Below, piece by piece: positions 1-13,689 of a DNA stretch of 64,000 bases. The position numbers were made by a program, and so were the translations under genes. The notes beneath the pieces are model-generated. The model had not been told where the DNA came from, did no database searches, and saw only the letters and a program-made list of their open reading frames with translations. Origin of the DNA: Vicugna vicugna (Eukaryota); the NCBI GenBank assembly GCA_013265495.1, contig MU058423.1, positions 7,512,721 to 7,576,720 of the forward strand. Reading direction: 5' to 3'. Within the stretch, counting starts at the first letter, position 1. The number at the start of each line of letters is the position of its first letter.

Positions 1-1526
1 AGAATTACAGAAAGTTAGATAAAAAGCACTGCATACACAAATCGGGGGCTTATGTAGTATGGAAGTCTTCACTGGGACTTATGAAAGACCATTAGCTAAA
101 CCTCATGAGAAAGACACATTCAGGTGAATACTATAAAAAGAGTATTGGAAGTCAGCTATTGATATCCAAGAGACAGCTTCATAAGTCAAGGAACTAAGAA
201 AACATTATTTTGAGCAAGTAGTTTTCATTTACTGAACCTGTTTTGATCATTTTAACTTGTCTACAAATTTGACTAGCGCATAGTAGGTTTTATCACAGCA
301 TGAAAGCAGTTAGAGCAAACGTTTTATTTTCATGTTAGAAAAGGCTGATGCAAGACTAACATGCACAAGAAGTTAAGAGAATATTCTATAAGTATTAGAA
401 AGTAGAAACATGACTTTTTATAATATATAAAACTCAAATAATACTGATATATTTTTATATATTTGTATTTTTTAACTTCTAAGAGGAGAAGATACATACT
501 AAGCTCAAAAGGGAGAAAAAACACAAAAAACTGATTGCCAACATAACACTTCAGTAATAATACCATTTTATGGTAAATAAAGTAATCCTAAAGTAATAAC
601 ATAAAGTGGTTTTATAATAGAATATAACAAAACATAAACAGCTGATGGTATCTAAACTGAATCATAAGTGATCTTTAATTTAATAGTTAGCTTGCTACTC
701 TCTCAGTATAAATTGCCTATGTGGGTTTGATTAAAGTTCGGTTAATTTCAGAGGGTATTTCTTGGCATTGATCTAAACTGGGGTAGACTCTAACCAAGAT
801 TTTATCAAGAATGGGGAAAAGCAAGTTCAAGTGAGAACATGCATAGGAGCAATCTATTTTCCTAGTGATTACATACTGACCCACAAGAAAACCACTCTTC
901 AGGAAGTGACCCTTTCACCTTGACAATGAGCAGTGAATTTCAGCGTTTATATTCTTACCTATTCTTTCTTTTCTTCTTCCTTTCCGTTTTCACTTTGATA
1001 ATTTCACTTTATTTGCTGAAAATAAAATTTGCAGGCTCAGGGAAACCAAAGAATAACACTTTCTGTTGGCTGCCATTGTTTCCAGACTGATTAAATCAGT
1101 AGCTGACTGCTTCAGGATGAGTTTCATTACCACCTTTAAGCAATTGATTGATTTCTCTTCTTTCACAGCACCAAGAAGATTTCCCTTCTTGTCACACCCT
1201 CCCACTAAAGAGGCAATGCACCCCTCAGAGATGTTTTGTTGGCAGGGCGATGCGTTGTCTCCTGACTTTTCCCAGTCACATACCATATATTAGAATGAGG
1301 ATCACACTTGCTCATGAAATACTTCGATCTACAATGATCCTGGCTCCTTTATATGCTAGAAATTCAGCCAGATACTGTGCTAATATTCCTATCATGGTCT
1401 GTCATTGCTTTGTTCAACATTAGATCAAAGGCTGCTGAAGTACCTAAATTAGATTAGCTATTTTGTCTTCTGACATCACCAGTATCACTTGGCTCCAAGC
1501 ACAGTTACTTTGGAGTGTAGTGATTT

Positions 1527-1984
1527 TTTAAAATTTATAATTTTTGTATGTATGTATACATATATATATATACACACATATATACATATATACAAGTATG
1601 TATAATTGAAGTATAGTCAGTTTACAATGTTGTGTCAATTTCTGGTGTACAACACAATGCTTCAGTCATTTATGAACATATATATATTCGTTTTTATGTT
1701 CTTTTTCACCATGAGTTACTACAAGATATTGACTAGTGTTCCCTGTGCTATACAGTATAAAATTGTGTATCTATTTTACATATAGTAGTTAGTATCTGCA
1801 AATCTTGTACTCCCAATTTATCCCTTCCCACCCTCTTTCCCCTACAGTAAACATAAGTTTATTTTTCTATGTCTGTGAGTCTGTTTCTGTTTTGTAAATA
1901 AGTTCATTTGTCTTATTTTTTCAGATTTCATATATAAGTGATATCATATGGTATTTTTCTTTCTCTTTCTGGCTTACTTCACTT
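1527..1984 (-). mobile_element. 5'-truncated L1 (3' UTR only), camelid/cetartiodactyl type, with a tail decayed to a TA/CA microsatellite
   Basis: Antisense L1 3' end motifs (aattgaagtatagtcagtttacaatgttgtg; ccctgtgctatacagta; ggcttacttcacttag). TSD agtgtagtgattt 1514-1526 vs agtatagtgattt 1985-1997. Confidence 0.88.
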
Positions 1985-4982
1985 AGTATAGTGATTTAAA
2001 TCTCTCTCTCTCGAATCTTTCATTACAATTTATAACTGCAAAGATTCTACACATTATATAAGTCATTTATATCTTCCTATGTGGTCTCCACTGAGACTCA
2101 AGCATAGAGTTTTCTGTAGAAAAAGTTTACGTACTGACTTGACCCTGTATTTTCATCAGGGATGTGGGCACAGATCTCATGCTCAATTCCGTGTTATAAT
2201 TTTTTTTCATCTGAACTAAGCAACATGCATCACTTCAAGCTGAAAATAAACTGCTAGCTGATTTTTTGAAAGGATTTAAAATGCCCCAATTTTTTTTTCA
2301 AAGAAGTTTATCTCTGCCTGGATGAAAAAATATATACATATGACGGCATGCAAGGATGGCTGCACAAGACTGAATGGGTCAATAGCAGAATGGTCACATT
2401 GAACTGGAAAATGATTCTGACAAGTTTCCATCAATACTGACTTAATTAGGCAGACCCTGGAAGTCTCTGGACAAGCACACCGATGTCAGAAAATGCTTAG
2501 CTGTTTGAAAAAGCGTGGGAGGGACTCTTTATGATGTTTTTTTTCCCTATTCATGCTTACTAGTCAGTTTCTGTAATGAAAATTTGCTTATATGTTTATA
2601 GACTGAGATTTCTTTCTCTCAAAAGCACCAGGAAGCAAAAGCTTGTAACTTCGAAAATAGATGAGGAACTTGAAGCCTGTGGTTTAATTTTGAACGCAGC
2701 CTCTTAGAGGGATTAGTGAGTGGGAGGACTTGAAATAGGCCGTGGGGAGGGCAATTAGGACCGTTATTCCCAAGCACACAAGCTCAGAAGTGTGATTAAA
2801 GTAGAGAATTGTTAGAGAAGATGGACAGAACGGCACTGCCACCTTTCTCAGCAGGCAAGGACCACCAGGCCCCAGCAGCAAGCAAGGAGCAGAAGAGTTA
2901 CGTGGCCTGGCCTTCGATCTTTCTGAATTAGTGCCTCGGTGCTGCCCTGGTTTACACAGTTCACACTCACCTGTCTTGCTCTCCTAGACTCTAGAAAAGA
3001 CGCAGTTTTTCAAGTTCTTGAGCATAGGGTCTGAGGGAGAGGACAGGAAACCACATCCTGTCCACTTCTGCATCCAGTGCTTACCAGAAAGAAGATACTC
3101 AGCAAATGGCTCACAGAATGAAAAGAACTCTTGACAGCTGATTCTCAGTATACCAACACACTCAGTAAGGCTCCGTTACCCTGTCACGTGCACTAAGAAT
3201 ACTAACGGTCATATTTCATGGGTCATTTTCTAGAACTAAAAGGGATAGTGCATATCAGCACATTTAAATTTTAAAGCTTAAAAGATACACAAAGGGTTAT
3301 ATATTTGAAAGATGTCTTCAGGTCGTGAATATTTTGAAAAATTAATATTGAGTTTTAAAAATGCTGTTGGGTAAAATGGACTCAAAATTGTTTGAAGTTT
3401 AATATTTGCTTGGTTGTTTTCTTTTCACCAAACTTACCAGATGAAGAAAATACTTGTAAGAAACTTTAACTGCAATTCATCAAGGACTCTTATTTTATAA
3501 CTGAACATTTAATAATTTTGTATTATTTATTATTAAAATTCTTAAAATTAAAAATTTTAAATTTTAAATTATTAAAATCTACATCTTCATCATGTAGCTT
3601 TTTTCCCACGCAAGAGAGTCAAAAACTAGGATCACTGAACACTGACTTTTAACAACTGTAAGATACCTCCCAATGGTGAGTCAGGGTATCAATCATTTAT
3701 CATGTACCAGTGAAGAATAACTTTGAAATGTGGCAAACTATAGACAGATTTAAGGAATTAAGTCTGGTCAATCAATCTTGTGGGGAGGTGGGCTATATAA
3801 TGAAAGAGATCTTCCTAGCAATATCTGAAATTTGGATATGAAATTAATGATCACAGCTAATTTCTCAAAATCCATCTTAAGTACTGTATCCTTGAGATTT
3901 AATTGGGAACAAGGGACGCAAGGCAGGAACACTTGCCATTAGTGACATACCAGCATGCATGTTCTTCGAAAGAGTCTCCTTCCTCTCAAACTTAGGAGAA
4001 TACTTTTCTTGCCTAATGTGGGTGGGGGAAAAAGAGTAAAATGGCAGTAGCTTAAACTTGCTCATAATTATCCTTTCAAACCTATTGTCTATGTCATGGC
4101 TCTTTTTCTTCTTATTCAAGAATGTAGGCTCTCTTGAGTCAAAGCTTAGTAGTGTGAGGGGCAATCTTTTTTTTCTTTTTCTGCTTTCTGCTAATAAATC
4201 CCCTGTCTATGAGGAGAGATGTCAAACAGCCTAGTTACTTCATGAATAGAAAGAAGGCCAACGTAAATACGAAATATTGGAAAAAACAGTATTTCTAAAA
4301 TATTATCTATCTATACCTAAAACTGAAACTGGGGGGAAAAAAACACGTAAAGTTTCATTCTCAAGAAATGTTTACTGAATTCAATTAAAACATACATGGT
4401 ATACATTTAGAATAAAATCTATTTTTAAAGCTCCTTCCTGGTTGATATCACAATGCGATGATGTGTTCTCTCTTCTAAATTTATTAAGTAAGAGTGAATA
4501 TAATGGTTCCTACAACAAGTATGGATTTTGTTCACCAAATAATAAAGTCAGCAAAGAACTCATAAATTTCTGAGTATAAATTTATATGCTGAAGGTTACT
4601 ATTGTCTAGTATTTTTCCTTTAAGGAAGATTTAGTTCTGCTTTTCTACTTACCGAGCATTAAGTATTTCAGGCATGAGAACTTGGAAAGTTCTTTCTCCA
4701 AACCCTTGTATATTCTGAATGTCATTTGTTTACAATTATTTCCTTGTGTGAAAAATAAAAACACGAATAAGCAGAGATCAAAACACAAAGAATTTTTTTG
4801 CATTAATTATATTACAAAATGTGTGCTACCTCAGAGCAAATTATACATATTTTCTGACTTTCATTTAGACTTTAAAGTTATTTTCAAAATCACCAATATA
4901 TCCATATGAAAAATGCTGAATGTACGTATTTGTGCCTTGTAGCAAATTTATCATCTCTTCTTGCAATGCTTGTCTCACTTCA

Positions 4983-5378
4983 TGTATTTAGTTTCCCAGG
5001 GCTGCTGTAACAAAGTGCCACAAACTGGGTGGCTTAGAAGAGAAGGAATTACTGTCTCGGAGTTCTGGAGGCTGCAAGTTCAAAACCGAGTAGTCGGCAG
5101 GGTTCAAATTCATCTCACAACTCTCTCTGGCTCGTAGAGGGCAACTTCTCTCTGTGTCTGTGTACATTGTCTTCCCTTTTGTGTGTCTGTTTCTGTGTTC
5201 AAATTTCTCCCTTTTATACAGATACCAGTGACACTGGATTATGGCTTATCCTAATGACCTCATTTTAACTAGCTTTATCTTCAGTTAACTTTCTTCCAAA
5301 TAAAGTCGCATTCTGAGGCACTGGGGGTTAAGACATCAAGAAACAAATTTTGAGGGGCACACATTTCACCCCATAACT
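4983..5378 (-). mobile_element. MaLR solo LTR (MLT1B/C-like)
   Basis: Starts tgtatttagtttcccagggctgctgtaacaaagtgccac, contains ctaatgacctcattttaact, ends cccataac; reverse complement of the MLT1-type LTR at 22672-23169. Confidence 0.85.
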
Positions 5379-7360
5379 CACATACAGCTTTTGGGAGGAG
5401 GACTCAGTTCCTCACCGGTTGTTGGCAGGAGGCTTTCGTTCCTTACCCCATGGGTCTCTCCAAAGAGCTGGTTAACAACTCATCATAACTTTGCAACATT
5501 TTGAAAATTTACAATTACAAGATCTTTATTAGAATAATATCATGCTATCCTAATCAAATGACTAAATATCCCATGCAATGTTTCTAGAATTAATAAACTA
5601 CTTTTATGAGATTGATTTAATGTCAGTGGCATTATTAGGCACTATATTATTTACATATAATAGCAAAAGTATGAGAAATAATTGAAATTATTTAAGCACG
5701 ATGATTAATATCATCCAGATCCAATGATATGCCTAAAATAAGAAAGGTTTTAGAATTACTAAGTATGGAATAAAGGAAGAAAAAAAGACTTAATAAATTC
5801 AAGAATATCTGGTAATAAAGAATGCATCACATTAAAAAATGTTTTTATTAATCTTAATTTTTCTCAACATAAAAATAATCATTTTAGAAGAGCAAAAAGC
5901 AGATTCCTTGGGATTTTCTCAAAATGGTAACTAGATGGTCTCAGTATTTTGCTTTTAATTAAAAATTGCCATGATTAGTTTTAAGATAGAGCAGAATATC
6001 ATGCCAAGTAACACTGTAGATTTGATAAAGTTAAGAATATTCAACATAATTGTCAGATATAAATGAATTACTTGTAAATCCTCACTCTTAAGGGAAAATT
6101 CCAACTGCTAGCTTCTTTAAACATAAGGAGGTTAAATACAGACACCCCTCACAGCTCTGCCACCACAGAGCCAAATGCCTTCTGTACCTCTAAGATTGAA
6201 AGCTGGGAACACAGGATAGTTTAAGGGCTTAGTAAAAAGGTATTATGGGAGTATGTACTTATGCCGCTATTTCTGTTTCATTATGCATTTTGCAATGATA
6301 AGCTTTAACTTGATATTCTCCTCCAAGAAACAGAAACATTTGCAAACAGAAAGAAGTCAGTATTTATAACCATAAAGCACTGAATTAGAATGTAAATTAT
6401 AATCTAAAATGTACAAAAGCAATTTTAAAATGCAAAGTATTAATATCCATTTATCGAACCTTGTTTGGTATCAAATCAAACTGAACTGAAACAAATCAAG
6501 TACTCAACAAATTACTTAAAAAATTTGCTAATAACATGTAACAGTATACTTATAAAGCCATTTAAATGCAAGCATTGACATTATGAGTTGCAAAAAGGAA
6601 AATCTTATTTAAAAATTTAATGTCAAAATGAAATGTAATCAATATTTTTAGCTTACAATAGTGAAAAATGGTAAAAAAATGGCAAATAAACAATATTAAA
6701 CATATATATGATCTTCTAATGTTACCTAATAATTTTCTGATATTAATACAGTTGATATTATCTCCTTATCATCTCAAAAGAATTGAACTTTCTGTAAAGA
6801 TTAATGCAGCATTCACTTCACTGCACATTAATGTGGAAGACATTATTACTTTGAGCTCCAGGAATTCCCAGTGGCAAAGGACATTAAATCATAATATCCA
6901 CACTCTGTCTTTTTAGTGTTCCTGACATGATAGCCTCACAGTTCCCTAAATTGAGCAGTGACATTATGATGTGACTTTGTGCCCAAAATTTAATTGAAAT
7001 AGCAGCACATTTGTATTTGAAGGAAAATGTATCATAAACATGACATCAAAATTATTGCATTTTTATTATTTTTAATATTTCATTATAAGATTTCCATGGG
7101 AACAGCTGTTTCATTTTGAAACTCATGAAGAAACTCACTGAACTTCACATTTCGTACTTTCTGTAAGCTTAATATCCTTCAGCCTCTTTTGTTTATTCTT
7201 ACCTTATAGTATTTGCTAACAATTTATATGCTAATCTGTTCTTAAGTAAAAAGAAGTTTAATATTTATTGGTTAGTATCATTTAGACTCAATTCTTAAAA
7301 GTTCATCAGATGTATATGAGTAAAAATGTGTATTAGTTTATATACACCTTATATATTTTA

Positions 7361-7570
7361 TTTTTTTATTTTTATTTTTTAGCTGTTATATGTATCTCTG
7401 CTTCATTCTTTTTTTTTTTTAATCATTAAACTATAGTCAGTTATAATATGTCAGTTTCTGGTGTACAGCATAATGTCCCAGTCATGTATATATATACATA
7501 TATTTGTCTTCATATTCTTTTTCATTAAAGGTTATTACAAGATATTGACTATAGTTTCCCATGCTATACA
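7361..7570 (-). mobile_element. 5'-truncated L1 3' end with two poly(A) tracts and a 28-nt intervening segment
   Basis: L1 3' UTR 7421-7570 resembles the copy at ~1603-1753. Perfect 22-bp TSD tatatacaccttatatatttta at 7339-7360 and 7571-7592. Confidence 0.9.
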
Positions 7571-8745
7571 TATATACACCTTATATATTTTAAATCAAAG
7601 CATCTCAAAGTGATAGTTCACCATAACCTCTGGCTCTACTTTAACTGATAAAACCACTCAACAAGCCATGGAAATATTTTCTCTCTAATGATCCTAGATG
7701 TTTACCCTCCTAGATCTGTATGTGTTGGTTTGTGTTTTCTTTTCCTCTTTTTCAGTTTTCTATAACATCTCGACAGCTTAAGAATGGAAAACAAGCAGTA
7801 GGGGTGAAGATTCAGAGAAGGGTTTGAAACTTGCCCTGCCACAGGGAAGAAGCCTTGATTCACCATACGTTTAGAGGTTGGAGTGAACCTTCGAAAGCAG
7901 GAAACTTTAGGATATGATTTTAAGTTTATAATTAGTTATCCTATTTCTTTAGTTTTTAGCTTTCTGGTTTATAATAAGAAAGCTCATAATGACCCTTACC
8001 TAGAAATAGGTATCCTATTCGATGGTACCAAAGGTGTAGGAAAAAAATGTGAAAAAAAAATTAAATGAATCCAAAAGATTATGGATATTCTATCTAGGTA
8101 CTCCTATGGCTTAAATCAGTCTTTCACTGTTTTTGAAATATTTTACAACTCTATAAATGTAGAAACTGATAATAAAGCAAATTCTTGTTTTCCATAGAGA
8201 TTAATTTTATCAGTAAAACTTACTTGATTGTTGCTCTAGAGATAAACTCATTTTGCATTTATTTATAAATTTATTTCTTCTTGCCTTATTTGCCTATATA
8301 TGTGTACGTTACTTTTAATTTTCCTTTGAACCAGATCTTACCGGTTTTACTGGTCTTTTTTTTAATTACTTTAAGTAAAATCTTTGACATGTATTTATTT
8401 TTAAAAATTCACTGCATATATTTTCTGGAAATCCTCCAGCAAGATGCCCAAAAAATTCACTTAATAGGAACAGGTAAATGTGTTTGTTGTCAGAGAAGGG
8501 TTTCTCAGAAGCGTAAGCTCAGGTATATATTTTCTTGGTTCTCGGGGTGAAATCTAAGTGATGAAAGAACTTTAACTTTGATATTTCTCTAGTCTTTGTT
8601 TGTTTTCTTTTTTCCCCTCTCTGCTGAGATTGTGTTTTCCATTAGATTTTGGTTTGCTTACACGTCTAATGTTTATACCCCATGGTGGCAACAATTGGGA
8701 ATTTGGTTTTATGGTCTAACCATTTAATGATCAACAACTGATGTA

Positions 8746-9249
8746 CTGATGGTCCCCAAATTAACTGTGATTTAATTTATGAATTTTTAATCTTATGATT
8801 ATGTTAAATAATATGCATTAAGTAAAAACCATAGTTTAGATTATAAATTTTGGTCTTTTCCTGGGCTACCAATACACAGTAGGTACTCTCTCCTGATGCT
8901 GGGGCAGTGAGCCGCAGCTCCCAGGCAGACACTCAAACACAAGGGTAAACGACGGACACACTGACAACCATTCTGTACCCAGACAACCATTCTGATGTTC
9001 ACTTTCAGTACAGTACTCAATAAATTACATGCGACACTCAACACTTTACTATATAATAGTCTTCGTGTTAGGAACTTCTGCCCAACTGTAGGCTAATGTA
9101 AGCATTTTGGGGACATTTAAGGTGGGCTAGACTCAGCTATGATGTTTGGTCAGTCATGTATATTAAATGCATTTTCAATTTATTGAAATTTTCAACTTAT
9201 GATGGGTTAATCGGGATATAATGTCCTCATAAGTTCAGAAGTTCACCTA
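8746..9249 (+). mobile_element. Tigger4 (Zombi/MER46)-family non-autonomous DNA transposon
   Basis: TA then ctgatggtcccc start; diagnostic acaaccattctg..cactttcagtacagtactcaataaattacatg and tgcccaactgtaggctaatgtaag. Confidence 0.82.
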
Positions 9250-9832
9250 CAATGGAGTATAGAAATTTATGAGCTATTGGGTGAGAACCAAAAGAGAAAT
9301 TTGGATGGTTAGTCTGCTTGTTATTTGTATGTTTGATTAATTTGAGGTCAAACCAATAAAGAATTTCATGCATACCATGAAGGAAAATAGCTTTTTGATA
9401 ACTGGATTCATGAATTTCTGTCTTGTGTTACTTGAATTGCAGAATAGACCTAGGCATCAATAGGTTTGTGTCTATAAACCACTAGGGCCTTCACCTCTTG
9501 TATATGAATGTGAAATATCTTCCCATCTCTAAATAGTATTAATAATTTATATTGATAAGATTTCTCAAATTAAAGGAAAGCAATTTTGATTGGTTTATAG
9601 GAATAGTGCTTATGTCAACTGAATATTGCTAAAATTTCCAGAAAATAAGAAATATTAAATATCTTATATTTTAAATGTACCAAGCTAACAAAAAAAGTTC
9701 TTAAAGAAGTAAACTCAGAAACATTTCAAGAATCCATTTCAAGTCCAATTTTAAAAAGTCCACTCCTTATGAAAATTTCATGACAAAAGTCAATTTTGTG
9801 GGCATACTAATTGTTCAATACTCTATATTTCT

Positions 9833-10013
9833 TTTTTTTAAGGTTTTGTTTTTGTTTTTGTTCATTTGTTTTTGTTTTGGGGTGGAGGTAATTAGAGTGA
9901 TTTGTTTATTTATTTATTTGTTTATATGTTTATTTAATGGAGGTACTGGGGATTTAACCCAGGACCTTGTGCATGCTAGGCATGCACTCTACCACTGAGC
10001 TGTACCCGCCCGC
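9833..10013 (-). mobile_element. Camelid tRNA-derived SINE (vic-1 type)
   Basis: Reverse strand has A box (cagctcagtggtagag), B box (gggttaaatccc), taattacctcc motif and A-rich tail. 17-bp TSD 9816-9832 / 10014-10030 with 1 mismatch. Confidence 0.92.
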
Positions 10014-11440
10014 CAATATTCTATATTTCTAAAGAAAATTCTGACATAACCTAATATAGCTAATTAGCACTCTTCTTGAATATATGTAAGTAATCAAATG
10101 AAACCTACTGAGAGGAGACATTTTGAAATAAAGAATGTTTGAGAATATTAAGATCAAAGGGTATAAGGGTGGACACTGTAGGAAAAATTGTGAAAGACTT
10201 TGAAAGAAATAAAAAAAGATTATGGGTTTCCTGTCTAGCACACTCTTTCAGGTCATCTAAATGTTTCCTTATCTTTGAGCTATTTTAAATGTAAATGTAG
10301 AACATTGATAATAATACAAACTATTCTGATTCATACAAATGCAATTATTTATGTCCCACCAAATAAAATTGGATTTTGTCTGTGGATACACCTGTTTTAT
10401 ATCCATGTTAAATTCCTTCCAACATTTTCTGAATTGTCTGCCTATATATAGTTCTTTGAATTTACTTTTGTTCTTTGAATTTACTGTTGTAACATCTTTC
10501 TGGTTTACACATTAATTACTAAATTAAATTAAACATTTGGAATGCATTTATTTTGTATTTGAATAAAAGCTAAGGGTCATTAGTTTTCCTTTTAAAAATA
10601 TTTATCCTCAGAGAAGGTTTTATATTCTTGTTGGCTTGCCTGTTTTCCATGTGTTTTGTTGGAAAACAATAAAGAGACTGAATTTTGTCTCTAGGTCTGT
10701 AGGTAAAGGAACAACATATACGAGTGAAGAAGCAGAGAAAACCACAAGAAATATACTATCTCAGAAATTGACAATAATTTCAGGGACACACTTGGATTAC
10801 CTGGGCTGCCAGATTAGGGAACTAAGATGGTTGTTTCTAGATTTCAGAGGCTTATGTGGCTCAAAATAACATTGTTAGCATAGTTCTCACTGTTTTATTA
10901 TTATCACTATGGCTATTACAATTATTGCAATTATTATTATTAAAAATTAAGCAGAGCATTGACAAATGACAGGACACATATGTAATCCCAGCTGCAAGTT
11001 AAATATTGCATTCCTGTTTAAAGCACCTTTACTGAACCCTTTAATTTTAGATTCTACCAACCTTAAAACAACCTACAATGTAACCTGAAGTTGTCAACTT
11101 TAATTTATAAATATCTAAGCTAGGTAAATACAAATAAATAATAGCTAATTTATTTTAATATCTAGTTGTAGACATATTTAACTGACATAGACAGTATCAC
11201 TTTAATATTAAATATTTCATCAGAACAAGAGGATTTAAAATTTTACTAGAAGATAAATATAGATAAACCATGGCTTTGATGAAAACAACTTGTAGAACCA
11301 TCAATAAAAGGAAAAGCAAATCTTGGGAAAAAATCATTATCATTAGTGAATGTCAGATAGTATGCAATACAATAACCTTAAGGGATAATAAACTTCATAC
11401 TCTGCAGAATTTAAAAATATTGGATTAAAATGGCAATAGC

Positions 11441-12281
11441 TCTATTTCTGTGAAAAATACCATTGTAATTTTAGTAAGTATAAGGATTGCATTGAATCTA
11501 TAGATTGCTTTGGGTAGTATAAACAGTTTAACATTAAGTCTTTCAATACATGAGCATGGAATACTTTCTGTAATTTGTATCTTCCTTAATATCTTTCATT
11601 AGTGTTGTATCGTTTCAGAGTGCAGATTTTTCACTTCCTAGGTTACATTTATTCATAGGTAGTTTACTTTTTTTGATGTAATTGTAAATGGGATGGTTTT
11701 CTTAAATTTTCTTTCTAATAGTTTGTTATCAATGTATAGAAATACAACAGATTTTTGTACACTGATTTTGTATCCTGCAAGTTTACTGAATTTGTCTCTA
11801 AGTTCTAAAAGCTTTTTGATGGAGTCTTTAGAGTTTTCTATTTATAATATTATGCCATCTGTAAATAGTGATAGTTTTACTTCTTTTCTAATTTGGATGC
11901 CTTTTCTTTCTTTTTTTCACCTATTGCTCTGGCTAGGACTTCCAATAATATGTTGAATAAAAGTGGTGATAGTGGGCATCTGTGTCTTTTTCCTGATCTT
12001 AGAGGAAAAGTTTTCAGTTTTTCAGCATTGAGTATTGTGTTTGTTACGGATTTGTCATTTTGGCCTTTATTATGCTGAGGTATGTTTCCTTTATACCCAT
12101 TTTGTTGAGAGTTTTTATCATAAATAGATGTTGAACTTTGTCAAAAGTTTTTCCTGCATCTATTGAGATGATCATGGGTTTTTTTCTACATTTTGTAAAT
12201 GCGATGTATCATATTGATTTATTTGTGGATGTTGAAACAACCTTGCATCTCTGGAATAAATCCCACTTGACCATGATATAC
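11441..12281 (-). mobile_element. L1 ORF2 (RT region) fragment, inverted 5' part of a twin-primed insertion
   Basis: Reverse complement aligns by eye with ~49815-50710 of the long L1 in this window (QVGFIP region to FFTEIE). Confidence 0.9.
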
Positions 12282-12622
12282 ATTCCTGAGATTTGCAGAG
12301 AACCATAAAAGACCCAGAATAGTCAAAGCAATCTTGGAAAAGAAGCACAAAGCTGGAGGCATCACATTCCCTGATTTCAAGCTATATTAAAGAGCTATAA
12401 TAATGAAAACAGTATGGTATTTGCAAAAAAATAGACATAAAGATCAGTGGGAAAAAATAAAAAGCCCAGAAATAAACCTAAGTCTGTATGTTCAATTAAT
12501 TTACAACAAAGAAACCAAGAATATACAATGCAGAAAGGACAGTCTCTTCAATAAATGGTGTTGGAAAGATTGGATAGTCACATGTAAAAGAATGAAACCA
12601 GATCAGAATATTATATCATACA
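12282..12622 (+). mobile_element. L1 ORF2 fragment, sense part of the same insertion, 3'-truncated
   Basis: ORF track 12403-12636 KTVWY..DSLFNKWCW..TCKRMK is L1 ORF2p; corresponds to ~50717-51057 of the long L1. Confidence 0.9.
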
Positions 12623-12684
12623 TTCAGGGCTTATAAGCTATCTGTAATCTGAATGTAGATTTTATTATTTATTATTTTTACTAA

Positions 12685-12760
12685 AATTTTTACAAATGAA
12701 GAAACTAAGGTGAAATTATGTAACTTGTTCAAGTTTTCCCAGGTAATTAGAGACTGAGCA
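12685..12760 (-). mobile_element. MIR fragment
   Basis: ttttacaaatgaagaaactaagg..taacttgttcaag resembles the MIR core. Confidence 0.55.
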
Positions 12761-12959
12761 GATGGTTTATCTGAGTAAACTGAATCTATTCATTTAATAA
12801 ATTTTATTGACAAACACCATGCATTTGCAAGGTAAGCATGAAGAATACTGTTGCTGAATAAGAAAAACATGTAGCCCAATATGTATGTAGTTAGAGGCAC
12901 CAGATGACAGACACTATTTTCCAATTGAGCCCTCTTCTCCCCTGTGACCATGATAACAA

Positions 12960-12985
12960 ACACACACACACACACACACACACAC
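12960..12985. repeat. (AC)13 microsatellite
   Basis: Perfect dinucleotide run. Confidence 0.97.
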
Positions 12986-13419
12986 TGCTACTCGCTCCCT
13001 GACCTTGGATATAGTACCAAAAGCATAATGGCCTGGATAGTATTACTGTAATATTACTGCATGGATAGTATTAATGTGCAAAAATGTTGTGTCAAAATGT
13101 AGTAGAGATTTTCCAATCATCCATTGATTTTACAAATGTAGACAAAGACATTGATTCCAAACCGAAAGAAATTTTTTTGTCAGTAATATATTATCTGTCT
13201 TGAATACATAGTAAAAACCAAACCCATCCACATCTACAGGGATGTATACATTAACATGCCTTTAATATTCCACTGCTTTCATCAGATTAACTTACTATTC
13301 CTGGAAACCCTTGCTGAGAAAGATAAAAGCTCATTCTAGGAATTTTCTGAAAAATTCATCAATGCAGAACACATCAAAGGACAAAAGTCTTCAAACCCCT
13401 AAATTTAAAATCTTAAATT

Positions 13420-13610
13420 TTATTATAATCCTTATCCATTCCTTATCAAGGCCTATGTTGAAAGACCCTTCTTAACTAGGCTTTAAAACCTCATAAACAT
13501 GACCTTGACCTCCCCTCTCCAAACTGCTACTGAGACTGTCAAGGTGGTGTTTACTCTAACCAGGATAAGGCTAAGCTCAGCTTTCATTTATGAGCAGGTT
13601 GCTTTGGTGG
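13420..13610 (+). mobile_element. Ancient ERV1-class LTR remnant (MER-type), boundaries approximate
   Basis: ttgaaagaccc..gctactgagactgtcaaggtggtg..ctcagcttt resembles the R/U5 of old MER-type LTRs; recall only. Confidence 0.45.
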
Positions 13611-13689
13611 TATTTGTGGAAACCAGAATTTAACAATAGTGAAGAGGTATAAAGCAAACTAACAAAATGACTTCCCTGGTGAGAAACTG

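Noticed and set aside
990..1423. Three overlapping ORFs of 75-98 aa as a possible coding exon
   Set aside because: No recognisable protein similarity, ORFs on both strands, non-ATG starts and no coherent exon boundaries.
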